64,000 nt of DNA. Origin: Acidobacteriaceae bacterium. Lineage in GTDB: Bacteria > Acidobacteriota > Terriglobia > Terriglobales > Acidobacteriaceae. The notes under the pieces were generated by a model. The model had not been told where the DNA came from. It made no database searches and saw only the letters and a program-made list of their open reading frames with translations. The stretch covers positions 644-64,643 of the forward strand of contig DATJQW010000001.1 of the NCBI GenBank assembly GCA_035505395.1. Direction: 5' to 3'. The translations under genes and the position numbers were made by a program. Each line of letters starts with the position of its first letter. Position 1 is the stretch's first letter. This document shows positions 38,631 to 47,358 of this stretch, one piece after another.

Positions 38631-39080
38631 TTACTGCGGCTGGCTCTGCGGCTGCGGCTGGTTGTCTCCGCCCTGCATGCCGTGGCGCCCGCGCCGCTCC
38701 TGCATCGCTTCGAATTTCTGCTTCTGCTGGTCGTTCAACACTGCTTCGATCTTCGCGTTGGAATCCTGCCGGATGCTCATCATCTGGCTCCGGCGATCCT
38801 CCCGCGACAGCGACTGGTTCTGCCACAATGTCTGCATCTTCTGGTCGCGATCCATCAGGATCGGCCGGATCTGGCTCTGCTGATCGGTGGTCAGGTCCAG
38901 CTGTTTCGTCATATGCGCCAGTTGCGTATCGGGATCCATGCGCCCGTGCTCGGGCGGACCCTGCTGTTGCTGCTGGCCGTTGTCCTGCGCCGGTGCTGTG
39001 TTGTCCTGCGCTCGCAGCGCTGGATTCATACAGAGCGCCAGCATTCCACCCAGCGCCATCGTCATCAATGTCTTCTTCAT
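38631..39080 (-). CDS. periplasmic Spy/CpxP-like (LTxxQ) protein
   Basis: Signal peptide ...NPALRAQ, Gln-rich, LDLTTDQQSQI and LNDQQKQKFEAM LTxxQ-type repeats. Confidence 0.6.
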   Translation of the reverse strand: MKKTLMTMALGGMLALCMNPALRAQDNTAPAQDNGQQQQQGPPEHGRMDPDTQLAHMTKQLDLTTDQQSQIRPILMDRDQKMQTLWQNQSLSREDRRSQMMSIRQDSNAKIEAVLNDQQKQKFEAMQERRGRHGMQGGDNQPQPQSQPQ

Positions 39081-39225
39081 AGAGTCTCCAGTTTCCCCGG
39101 TTTCTCCCTCTGAACCCGTTCCGCCCGCTACCGTTGCGGCCGGATTCCAGAGGCGCAGCAGATTGGCTCTGCCTCACGCGAAAAGACGAGACCGGTCCCG
39201 CGGAAGATGCACCAGGAAACGAAAA

Positions 39226-39843
39226 TCAGTGCGATTTCCCGGCTCCGGCCGGGTGCGGGGGCATCGGCACCGGCGCCGAGCGCAGCCCGCAGCGCAGCAG
39301 ATCCGGCTCATGCTCATCCGGAGCCGGCAGGTACGCGTACGCGAAGATCGCCTGATACTGCGACTCCCCGGGATAATTGCACATTGGGCAGCTCGGATCG
39401 TAATTAATCGCGGGATGGTCTCGCATCGCCTCCGCCCATTGCTGCACCCCATGTGCCGGCACCGTAAGATATTGCGGGTCTGCTGGCATAGCGGTCGGCC
39501 GGTACGCAAACATAGGCCCTTTTTGCCGCTCTGCGTCCACCAGCGCCCCACCCCGCCCCGCCGAAGAGCGCCACAGCCAGCGGTTCCCCACCTCCGCGTA
39601 CCAGTGCGCGCTCGATGGTATGGGCCGCTCCAGACGGATGGCGTGCGCCGTTTTGTTCTCGATGCGGAACAGAAATCCGGGCCCCGCTCCAGGCGCCGCC
39701 TCCGCCAGATAACTCGCGGTCAGTGTGATCCCTGCGCAGGGCATGACCGTCGATTGTCCCGCGCGATGCTCCACGCCCGCGGAAATCGACCCTGCGCCGA
39801 TCGTCAGCATCAGCGGCAGGAGCACGTTGCGCAACAGCGCCAT
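39226..39843 (-). CDS. exported hypothetical protein
   Basis: 205 aa starting MALLRNVLLPLMLTIGAGSISAG (signal-like), inside track ORF 39226-40497. 14 nt downstream of the CYCXC gene. Confidence 0.6.
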   Translation of the reverse strand: MALLRNVLLPLMLTIGAGSISAGVEHRAGQSTVMPCAGITLTASYLAEAAPGAGPGFLFRIENKTAHAIRLERPIPSSAHWYAEVGNRWLWRSSAGRGGALVDAERQKGPMFAYRPTAMPADPQYLTVPAHGVQQWAEAMRDHPAINYDPSCPMCNYPGESQYQAIFAYAYLPAPDEHEPDLLRCGLRSAPVPMPPHPAGAGKSH

Positions 39844-39857
39844 CGTCGACTCGGGAA

Positions 39858-40340
39858 TCAGCTCTTCCCCAGCGCGTTCAGGTCGATGGACCGGTATTCG
39901 CCGCGCTCGATCCCCGCGCGAATCTGCTGCGGAGTCCAGCCGCGTTTCGTCATCCGGTACGCGTAGGCTTCCTCGGCCGCGCAGGTCTCGCAGATCGCCC
40001 CGTGCGTCCCCTCGAAGCAGCTGTGCAGGCTGGTGTGCCCCAGCTCGCGATCGCAGCGGCAATAGCAGGGAAGCTGATACAGGACCCTCGGGATCTGCGC
40101 CGCTTCCCGGTACACCGCCACCTGCCACTTCTTCTGGAAGTACGGTCCGGTAAGTTGTTGCCCTGAAAGAATCGGCGGCAGCACCTGGCCCGGCGCCGGC
40201 GGGCTGGCGTGATAGGCGGGAATGTCCGCCTGGGGATCGGACCATTGCGCCCGAACGCCCGTCAGGGTACTCGCCGGGAGAACGTACGCGGCCACGATCA
40301 GCAGGCCCAGTGCCATGCTGCCGACCATTCGCTTCACCAT
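39858..40340 (-). CDS. CYCXC / PCYCGC-motif family protein
   Basis: LPCYCRCDRELGHTSLHSCF...GAICETC Cys cluster after an N-terminal TM/signal segment. Start at ATG 40340 behind GGAG. Confidence 0.7.
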   Translation of the reverse strand: MVKRMVGSMALGLLIVAAYVLPASTLTGVRAQWSDPQADIPAYHASPPAPGQVLPPILSGQQLTGPYFQKKWQVAVYREAAQIPRVLYQLPCYCRCDRELGHTSLHSCFEGTHGAICETCAAEEAYAYRMTKRGWTPQQIRAGIERGEYRSIDLNALGKS

Positions 40341-40443
40341 AAACGCTCCAGAAACGCTCCAGGCCTCTATCGTACCAGGCGCGTTTTCCACCGGGGAAAG
40401 CTGCGATCACTCCCGCAACTTGGCAGGTCAGGCTGAAAAAGGC

Positions 40444-40480
40444 AAAAAAAGACGGCACGAACGGTATTTTGTCCGTGCCG
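40444..40480 (-). terminator. strong intrinsic terminator inside the 5' leader of the CYCXC cluster (or 3' end of an sRNA)
   Basis: Minus-strand reading CGGCACGGAC aaaatacc GTTCGTGCCG, a 10-bp stem with one G-U pair, followed by TCTTTTTTTGCCTTTTT. Confidence 0.7.
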
Positions 40481-40628
40481 GGAGGCCAGTGACGCAACCT
40501 GGAACCAGCCGGGAATTCTGAGTCACCGGTCTGGTTACTAACCCTTCACTCATTCTGATGCCCATTGCGGCCATCAGGTAGCATTCAAACTTTTCGGGAA
40601 CCCGAAGGACAGGCCCCTCCACTCGAAA
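40481..40628 (-). promoter_or_regulatory. candidate structured leader RNA (riboswitch-like multi-hairpin domain), class unknown
   Basis: Minus-strand reading: closing helix GGAGG..CC (40620-40612) with GGCCTCC (40487-40481) encloses three hairpins: TTCGG gttc CCGAA; CTGATG-11 nt-CATCAG; AACCAGaCCGG-13 nt-CCGGCTGGTT (40536-40503). The terminator follows immediately. Confidence 0.45.
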
Positions 40629-40629
40629 C

Positions 40630-40658
40630 AGTGTATCTCTGAAATCGTTCCCGCACAA
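40630..40658 (-). promoter_or_regulatory. candidate promoter of the structured leader
   Basis: Minus-strand TTGTGC (40658-40653), 17 nt spacer, TACACT (40635-40630). Confidence 0.35.
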
Positions 40659-40732
40659 TCCTCATTTACACTCAAATACATTCGAAAGTTGTATACGACT
40701 CGTACGATTTCGTCCCTGGAGGGACTTTTGGC

Positions 40733-40945
40733 ATGTCTGCCTATGCTGATTCTGCCGAAGATCAACGCCAATCTCGCTCCCGTCGCGGCTTGCGCATGCT
40801 CGGAACAGGTTTGCTGATCGCCGGTTCCGCACTCTTTGGCGGCCTCGCGGTAGCGCTTTGGGATCGAAAATCTCTGGCGAAGCTGCGCCAGCCGTCCCAT
40901 GTACCGCAAATCAGCTCTTCTCCTGAAGACGCAACGCTCGATTAA
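40733..40945 (+). CDS. small membrane protein, hypothetical
   Basis: 70 aa with one TM helix (LGTGLLIAGSALFGGLAVALW). GGAGGG 9 nt upstream. Codon bias weaker than in neighbouring genes. Confidence 0.4.
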   Translation: MSAYADSAEDQRQSRSRRGLRMLGTGLLIAGSALFGGLAVALWDRKSLAKLRQPSHVPQISSSPEDATLD

Positions 40946-41047
40946 AGTGTTCAGACGGGATTTTTAGGCGAAAGTTGCCCCGCTTCTCCTCCGGTCCCGA
41001 TTTTTTCCCTGAAGCTGCCGCTCGTCGAGCAATCGACTGGGCTGGCC

Positions 41048-41326
41048 TCAGTCCAGGCTGTCAATCGCCGCTGCCAGGTCAAAATCGCGATCTGTCAGCC
41101 CTCCGGCATCGTGGCTCATCAACGCCAGCCGCACCTTGCTGTAGCGGATGTCGATGTCGGGATGGTGTCCCGCGCCTTCGGCCAGCTCTGCCACGCTGTT
41201 CACAAACTGCATTGCCTCGATAAAATTCGAAAACTCAAGACGGCGCACCAGCTCGCCGCCGTCCAGCTTCCAGCGGGGCAGGCCCTGCAGCTTCGACGCG
41301 ATCGTTTTGTCGTCCAGCAACGGCAT
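41048..41326 (-). CDS. 4a-hydroxytetrahydrobiopterin (pterin-4-alpha-carbinolamine) dehydratase
   Basis: 92 aa. EFSNFIEAMQFVNSVAELAEGAGHHPDIDIRYSKVRLAL is the PCD signature. AAGGAGAA Shine-Dalgarno. Confidence 0.9.
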   Translation of the reverse strand: MPLLDDKTIASKLQGLPRWKLDGGELVRRLEFSNFIEAMQFVNSVAELAEGAGHHPDIDIRYSKVRLALMSHDAGGLTDRDFDLAAAIDSLD

Positions 41327-41367
41327 CGCGAGTTCTCCTTGCTTCCGGATTTTCGGCGAAGTTGAAT

Positions 41368-42474
41368 CTACACCTTCAGATCTTCAATCGCCCCGGCAAA
41401 TGAGAGCGGCGAGAAACGTGGATGGCGCGTCATCTCGGCACGCAGATCCTCCCACAGGCTGTCCGGCAGCCCCAGGAAAACCTCCACCACGGCCGGGTCG
41501 AACTGCGATCCTGCGCACCGCGCAATCTCTCTCCGCGCGGCCTCATAGTTGCTGGCTCTGCGATAAGGACGATCGGAGGTGATGGCGTCCAGTGTATCGG
41601 CTACCGCGAAAATGCGCGCCCCGAGGGGGATTTGGTCACCTTTCAAACCGCGCGGATACCCGTTGCCGTCATAAAACTCCTGGTGGCTGTAGACAATCTC
41701 CGCCGCTTCCTCGAGAAACGGGATCTTGCGCAGAATCTGGTAGCCTCGCGCGCAGTGCTCGCGCATAATAGCCAGCTCTTCCGGATCGAGCTTCCCCGGC
41801 TTGAGCAGGATCGCATCCGGGATCGCCATCTTCCCGATGTCGTGCAGAAACGCCCCGCGCGCGATCACCCGCGTCTGCGCCAGTTCCACTCCGCAGTGCC
41901 GCGCCAGCGCGATCGTGTAGGCCGTCACCCGGCGCGAGTGCCCCTCGGTCTCCGCGTCCTTCAGGTCCAGCGCATCGCCCAGCGCTTCCAGGGTGATGTC
42001 ATAGGATCGCTCCAGGTCCGCCATTGCCTGACGCAGCATCTCGGTGCGGGCCGATACCAGCTGCTCCAGATTGTGACGGTAAACCGAATTCTGCTGGACC
42101 AGGCGCCGGTAATCCAGCGCGCGCCGGACCGTCACCAGCAGCTGCTCCCGCTCGAACGGCTTCAGCAGGTAGTCGTAGGCGCCCTTGCGCATCGCCGAGA
42201 TCGCCACCCCCACATCGTGGATGGCCGTCACCATCACCATCGGCGTGTCCGGGTGGATCTCCCGAATCCGCTCCAGCAGGCCGATCCCGTCCAGCCCGTT
42301 CATCACAATGTCCGACAGGATCAGATCGTAGGGAGGGTCGCGTTCAACATGCTCGATGGCCTCCAGCCCGTTCGCGGCCAGCACCGTCGCGTAGTTCGAC
42401 TTCTCCAGCATGGTCGCCATCAGAGTGCGCACGTATGGCTCATCATCCACGATCAAGATGCGCTCTGATGCCAC
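41368..42474 (-). CDS. response regulator with HD-GYP domain
   Basis: REC domain ILIVDDEPYVR...LILSDIVMNGLDG. HD-GYP domain HSRRV...FLHDIGKMAIP...HQEFYDGNGYPRGL. The track start (42528) is a TTG, so I prefer the GTG at 42474 behind GGGAGGGG. Confidence 0.85.
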   Translation of the reverse strand: MASERILIVDDEPYVRTLMATMLEKSNYATVLAANGLEAIEHVERDPPYDLILSDIVMNGLDGIGLLERIREIHPDTPMVMVTAIHDVGVAISAMRKGAYDYLLKPFEREQLLVTVRRALDYRRLVQQNSVYRHNLEQLVSARTEMLRQAMADLERSYDITLEALGDALDLKDAETEGHSRRVTAYTIALARHCGVELAQTRVIARGAFLHDIGKMAIPDAILLKPGKLDPEELAIMREHCARGYQILRKIPFLEEAAEIVYSHQEFYDGNGYPRGLKGDQIPLGARIFAVADTLDAITSDRPYRRASNYEAARREIARCAGSQFDPAVVEVFLGLPDSLWEDLRAEMTRHPRFSPLSFAGAIEDLKV

Positions 42475-42827
42475 TTCCCCTCCCGGCCACGCCTTGCCAC
42501 TTCCCCGATTTGGTCGGACCACGAACAAACAACCCCCGGGGAACCTCCCGCGCTGCTACTGCGCGGATAAGTACAACAATCCGATCATCCGGGAAAGGTC
42601 TGTTCCCGATCTATCCTAACCTGGCTCTAACGCAACCGAGCACACTATTCCTCCCGCCTGGCAACCCTCCCCGTTCATTCTGAATCCATCCTCCTGCTGC
42701 GAATTTAAGAACCCCCGGCAGCGCCATATAGCCTCGGCCTTTTTGTGTCGATTCTGTTTCATCGACCGCATTACGTTGTGGTAAGCTTCCTCTTGCCGAT
42801 CGCTCTCCCAGGAGAAGTGGCGACCCC

Positions 42828-43361
42828 ATGCTGTTCGACATCGACAAACGTTTCGCGCGCGTGTCAGCGCGCCAGGAGTCGCCGCGCAGGCTGGAAGACC
42901 GCCAGCGCGATGTCTACGACAGCCACCGCCATCGCGTCTTTTCGGTTTCCTTTTACATGACCGGCAGCGAGATCGAGGCCGAGGATATCCTCGAGGGCAC
43001 CTTTGTGCGCGCCTTTCACACCGCCGACGAACCCGACCAGGCCATCGTTGACGGCGCGCTGGTCGAACAACTCGCCGAGCGCGTCGACCTGGTCGATGAG
43101 CGCCTGCCCACCCCCCCCACCGCCGATTCGCCCTGCGGCCGCAATATCCTCCGTACCGATCTCGAAGAAGCCCTGCGCTGCCTTCCCGCTCTCGAGCGAC
43201 TGGTCTTTCTCCTGATGGATGTCGAGGGTTATCCCGCCGTCCGCGTCGCCGAACTTCTGGGGAAAACTAACGCAGAAATCTTCCGCACCGCTCTCGCCGC
43301 CCGCCTTCGCCTTCGCGCTGAGCTCGCCCTGATGCGTCAGGACGGCGAACAGGCAGCCTGA
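42828..43361 (+). CDS. ECF-sigma-like protein (regions 2.1-2.2 and 4 recognisable)
   Basis: VYDSHRHRVFSVSFYMTGSEIEAEDILEGTFVRAF (region 2 start) and LPALERLVFLLMDVEGYPAVRVAELLGKTNAEIFRTALAARLRLR (region 4). The segment between them does not look like regions 2.3-2.4. Confidence 0.65.
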   Translation: MLFDIDKRFARVSARQESPRRLEDRQRDVYDSHRHRVFSVSFYMTGSEIEAEDILEGTFVRAFHTADEPDQAIVDGALVEQLAERVDLVDERLPTPPTADSPCGRNILRTDLEEALRCLPALERLVFLLMDVEGYPAVRVAELLGKTNAEIFRTALAARLRLRAELALMRQDGEQAA

Positions 43362-43380
43362 CCGGCATCGCTGTTCCTTC

Positions 43381-44793
43381 TTACTTTTTGCTGCTTCCCT
43401 TCCCGTGCAGCTCCTGCTGCGCCCGCCGGTTCTTCGCCCAGCCCTCCTTCGTCACCTGCCGCGCCCGGCCCAGCGCCAGCGCATCCGCCGGAACATCGTC
43501 CGTGATCACCGACCCTGCCGCTATGTAGGCGCCGTCACCGATCACCAGCGGGGCCACCAGCGCCGAGTCGCTGCCCACAAACACGCCGTCCCCGATCACC
43601 GTCGGATACTTGTTCACCCCGTCGTAGTTGCAGGTGATCGTTCCCGCGCCGACATTCGTCCTGCTGCCCACCTGGGCGTCGCCCAGATACGTCAGGTGAT
43701 TGGCCTTCGACCCCGCTCCCATGCGCGTCTTCTTCGCTTCCACGAAGTTCCCGATGTGGACGTTCTCGCCGATATGACATCCGGGCCGCAGATGCGCCAT
43801 CGGCCCCAGCCTTGCGCCCTTCTCGATCACTGCATCTTCAATCACACACGACTGCAGGATCTCTACCCGGTCCCCCAGGGTGGTATTCTCCAGCACCGCA
43901 TACGAACGGATCCGGCACTCGCTGCCCACCCGCGTTGTCCCCAGCAGCTGCACGAACGGCTCAATCACCGTGTCCGGCCCCACTTCCACGCCGGCGTCGA
44001 TCCTCACCGTCTCCGGCTGAAAAATGACCACGCCCTCAGCCATCAGTGCAAGTGCTCTCTCCAGCCGCATGGCGCGGTCCAGCTCCATCATCTCGGCGAT
44101 GGTGTTGGCGCCCAGCACCTCGGCTGCCTGCGCCGCCTCGACCGCGACGACTCGCTCCCCTGCGGCCTCGAGGATTCCTGCCATGTCCGTCAGATACAGT
44201 TCCCTGTGTGCATTCGTCGCCTGCAACTGGCCGATATGCTCGTAAAGCGATTGGCGCTGGAACGCATAAATGCCGGAATTGATCTCGCGCAGCCCCTCCT
44301 GCGCCGGCTTGAGCGCTCTCTGTTCGACGATCGCCGCAACCTCCGGCTTGCCCGGCGATTTCCGCAATACCCGCCCATAACCGAACGGATTCTCCGGCTC
44401 AGCCGTCAGGATGGTCATAGCCGCCCGCGCACGCAGGTGAAAGTCGCGCAGCGCTGCAATCGTCTCGCTTTTCAGCAGCGGCACGTCTCCGGAGAGCACG
44501 ATCAGGTGTCCATAGTCCCGCGTTTCATGCTCCGCGCACTGGATGGCGTGTCCGGTGCCGCGCTGCTCCTCCTGCTCCACGAAGCGCACGCCGGTGTCGC
44601 GTACTGACGCTCGCACCGCTTCCGCCTGGTGCCCGATGACCACCAAAATATCGTGCGCCGGAACCACCTGCGCCGCCGCCGCGATCACGTGCCGCAGCAA
44701 CGGCTGACCGCCGATCTCGTGCAGGACCTTCGCCCGCCTCGATTTCAGCCGCGTCCCCTTGCCCGCGGCCATAATCACGATTCCAAGTTGCAT
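43381..44793 (-). CDS. glmU: bifunctional UDP-N-acetylglucosamine diphosphorylase / glucosamine-1-phosphate N-acetyltransferase
   Basis: IVIMAAGKGTRLKS N-terminal motif and a C-terminal left-handed beta-helix hexapeptide region. 470 aa. Confidence 0.95.
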   Translation of the reverse strand: MQLGIVIMAAGKGTRLKSRRAKVLHEIGGQPLLRHVIAAAAQVVPAHDILVVIGHQAEAVRASVRDTGVRFVEQEEQRGTGHAIQCAEHETRDYGHLIVLSGDVPLLKSETIAALRDFHLRARAAMTILTAEPENPFGYGRVLRKSPGKPEVAAIVEQRALKPAQEGLREINSGIYAFQRQSLYEHIGQLQATNAHRELYLTDMAGILEAAGERVVAVEAAQAAEVLGANTIAEMMELDRAMRLERALALMAEGVVIFQPETVRIDAGVEVGPDTVIEPFVQLLGTTRVGSECRIRSYAVLENTTLGDRVEILQSCVIEDAVIEKGARLGPMAHLRPGCHIGENVHIGNFVEAKKTRMGAGSKANHLTYLGDAQVGSRTNVGAGTITCNYDGVNKYPTVIGDGVFVGSDSALVAPLVIGDGAYIAAGSVITDDVPADALALGRARQVTKEGWAKNRRAQQELHGKGSSKK

Positions 44794-44831
44794 CTCGCCT
44801 CAGGTGCCCCTGCTGTTGATGGTCTTTGCCT

Positions 44832-45284
44832 CTACGCCTGCGTTCGCCCGGATCGATCCAGCAGCGGCGGCCAGCCCTTCCACTCTGTAATGATGCCGAA
44901 CAGCGCCAGCCCCAGCGGCCCCACAAACAGATAATCGCTGTAATAGTCCGGTGCGATGCCCCGCGCGGACGCCAGGGAATGCTGCTCCGCGATCACCAGC
45001 GCCGCCGCGGCCAAACCCACCAGCAGCAGCCACAGCGAAGCCGCTCGCCGATGCCAGAACGCCAGCACACTCGCCGGCAGCACCGTGATGCAGAACGCGA
45101 TCAGCGCCACCACTTCGAGCATCGCGTCATGCTGCCCCAGCGTGGAGATCGCACCCGGCGGCGCCGCGAACGGAAGCATGCCGATTCCCATTCCCAGCGC
45201 GAAGACAACACGTCCCCAGAACCGGCGCAGATCATCCCTTTCTTCAGCCGTGATGCCATGCCGTTCAATCGATGCGCTGTGCAC
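44832..45284 (-). CDS. membrane protein, hypothetical
   Basis: 150 aa with 4 hydrophobic helices. GTG start behind AGGAG. Immediately upstream of glmU on the same strand. Confidence 0.55.
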   Translation of the reverse strand: MHSASIERHGITAEERDDLRRFWGRVVFALGMGIGMLPFAAPPGAISTLGQHDAMLEVVALIAFCITVLPASVLAFWHRRAASLWLLLVGLAAAALVIAEQHSLASARGIAPDYYSDYLFVGPLGLALFGIITEWKGWPPLLDRSGRTQA

Positions 45285-45399
45285 TCTTTGCTCCTGTCAG
45301 GTTCATCCTCCGGCCTGAGACATCGAATCAGGAAAGCAGGGCCGGCTTCATTCTGACCCTACAGCAAAATAAGGCGTGCTGCATCCCGCAGCCGCAACC

Positions 45400-46431
45400 T
45401 CATCCCTCGGCGCTTCGCGCACCCAGGTAATCTCCCCTGCGCTTGATCAGCGCCCACGTGATCAGCGCCACCAGAACGGCGCTGAATACGAATGCCCCCG
45501 CCAGAATTGGTCCCTGCTCAATCAGCGCCGGATTGCCCGGCGCCGCCGTCGGCAATCCCCACTGACTGATCAGCGTCCGCTGATACGCGAGGTACTTCCC
45601 CCACACCCCGGGAACCAGAAAGCTCACGAAGTACAGCACGCCGTACGCCTGGAACGCCAGCGCCAGGTACCACGCCGCCTTCCATTTCCGCAGCAGCCCT
45701 ACGCCCAGGTAGATCTCCACGAGCCAAAGAACCGCAAATGCCGCCATTCCCGCGCTGCCCTGCAGCACGGCGCCAAAAATAAACATGGGCGGACGCAGCC
45801 AAAGCAGGGCGGCCAAAAACAACGCGCTGACCAACATCAACCACGCCCACACCATGATCACAATTCGCCATCCCGGGATTGCGGGTTCGGACACGCTACC
45901 CCACGATCCCGGCGGCAGCACGGCAACCGAATCTGCCGAGAGCGGCCGCGATCCGGCAAACGCATCGCGTACCCGCGCCCGAGTGAAATAGACCAGCCAC
46001 CAGACGCCCGCCAGGGCAATCAGGAAGTAAAACGCCGCGATCATCGTCAGCGCCGTCTGCGCCATGCCCGCCGACGGAATCCCGGGCCCCGCCGAAGGTG
46101 GCAGCATCTGCGTGAACCGGCCTGCCCACAGCATCACGAGGCCAATCATCAGCGAGAAAAAGGCGATGACCCCGCCGATCGCGGCCATCGAGATCCTCGC
46201 CCACGGGCGCATCCGGAACAGACCCACTACCGTCCACGCGCATAACAGAAAAAACAGCAGCAGCAGGCCGTTCGTCACCACCATGAACGGCCGGACAAAC
46301 GGCAGATTCGGAATCAGCGGGCTGTGGTAGAAGAACGCAAAGCCCAGCGCTGCCGTCTCACCAAGAATCCCGAAGAGTGCGATTATTCCCAGAATGATCG
46401 CGGCAAGGATCACGCCCACAGGTCGGCGCAT
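45400..46431 (-). CDS. multi-pass membrane protein, hypothetical
   Basis: About 10 hydrophobic segments. Trimmed to MRRPVGVILAAIILGIIALFG (Met at 46431). Confidence 0.6.
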   Translation of the reverse strand: MRRPVGVILAAIILGIIALFGILGETAALGFAFFYHSPLIPNLPFVRPFMVVTNGLLLLFFLLCAWTVVGLFRMRPWARISMAAIGGVIAFFSLMIGLVMLWAGRFTQMLPPSAGPGIPSAGMAQTALTMIAAFYFLIALAGVWWLVYFTRARVRDAFAGSRPLSADSVAVLPPGSWGSVSEPAIPGWRIVIMVWAWLMLVSALFLAALLWLRPPMFIFGAVLQGSAGMAAFAVLWLVEIYLGVGLLRKWKAAWYLALAFQAYGVLYFVSFLVPGVWGKYLAYQRTLISQWGLPTAAPGNPALIEQGPILAGAFVFSAVLVALITWALIKRRGDYLGARSAEG

Positions 46432-46659
46432 ACGCTGTTCAAGCCCTTTCGCAGCAGGGATGGACTGCCTTCCGCTCCAGAATACCCCGCGCCGCTCGCC
46501 CGGGAACCCCTCCGCAGTCTCGGTGCATCCTCCCGTTACCAACCGGGCACACCCACCGATGGCCCATATCCCTCAGGGCTCCAAGACGATAAAGTATCTC
46601 TGATAGCGCGGGACGACCCCTGTTCCTCCAGGGTCGCAGCATTGCGCACGAGGATTTCG

Positions 46660-47358
46660 ATGCCTTGCCTGGAAATCAAAGTCGCCGTCCAGCGGATGGC
46701 TGCGCCCGTGACCCGGCTTCGTACCCTGCTCGAAAAGCCCGGCGCCGCGGTGCTGCGCCGCAATTTCCTCGCTGAGGCCCCCGGCCACGACGATCCCGAT
46801 CTGCACGCTCGTCTCCGCGTTACCGCCGTGCTCGCCGTCGACCTGACCGATCCGCCGCGCGAATCCCAGCCGCCCTCCCCGCCGCCCGAGGATCCCGAAA
46901 AGCCGCAGTCCGAAAGCCCTTCCCGCAACGCGGCCGACCCCCTCGCTGCCAGCTTTGCCAAGGGTCTGGAAATCTGGATCACCGACGGCGCACGACTCAC
47001 CTGCGTCCACGCCGACATCGAGGAAATCGCCGGCGCCCTCGCCATGTTCGACGCCTATCTGCGCCTCGCCCGCTATCAGCCGGCCTTCCAGCGCCTCGAT
47101 CAGCGCATCCTCGGCCTCAGCTTCGCCTTTCGCGAGGGCCTTACCCTCGGGGTCGCAGGCAGTCCAGGCGACGCTGCCCAGGTGCCGGAATACACTTTCA
47201 CCTCGATTTCCGCCATCCCCGAGATCGACGACTCTCGCGACACTCCATTTGTCATCCGGTTTCCCGACGCCGGTATTGCCTTCGTCCACGAGCTGCTCCG
47301 TTCAGCATCGGCGTGGCTCGAAGAGAATTCCTATCCCAACATCCTCGGATCAAAATGA
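46660..47358 (+). CDS. hypothetical protein
   Basis: ATG at 46660 behind GAGGA. No motif recognised. Contains a Pro/Glu/Ser-rich linker (PPRESQPPSPPPEDPEKPQSESPS). Confidence 0.5.
   Translation: MPCLEIKVAVQRMAAPVTRLRTLLEKPGAAVLRRNFLAEAPGHDDPDLHARLRVTAVLAVDLTDPPRESQPPSPPPEDPEKPQSESPSRNAADPLAASFAKGLEIWITDGARLTCVHADIEEIAGALAMFDAYLRLARYQPAFQRLDQRILGLSFAFREGLTLGVAGSPGDAAQVPEYTFTSISAIPEIDDSRDTPFVIRFPDAGIAFVHELLRSASAWLEENSYPNILGSK

Noticed and set aside
40481-40628. Possible cobalamin, TPP or SRP RNA identity for the minus-strand structured RNA
   Set aside because: Only fragments match (GGTGA..AATTCC and GCGTCACTGG; ACCTGATGG). The defining cores are absent: the second GCCACTG/B12-box context, CTGAGA plus GGGGTGC for TPP, and GGAAGGAAGCAGCC for SRP. 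I therefore leave the class as unknown rather than naming it.
40574-40909. 111-aa minus-strand ORF spanning the structured-leader promoter region
   Set aside because: It would start inside the plus-strand small gene and run across the predicted promoter and the 5' part of the RNA. It shows no coding bias and no Shine-Dalgarno.
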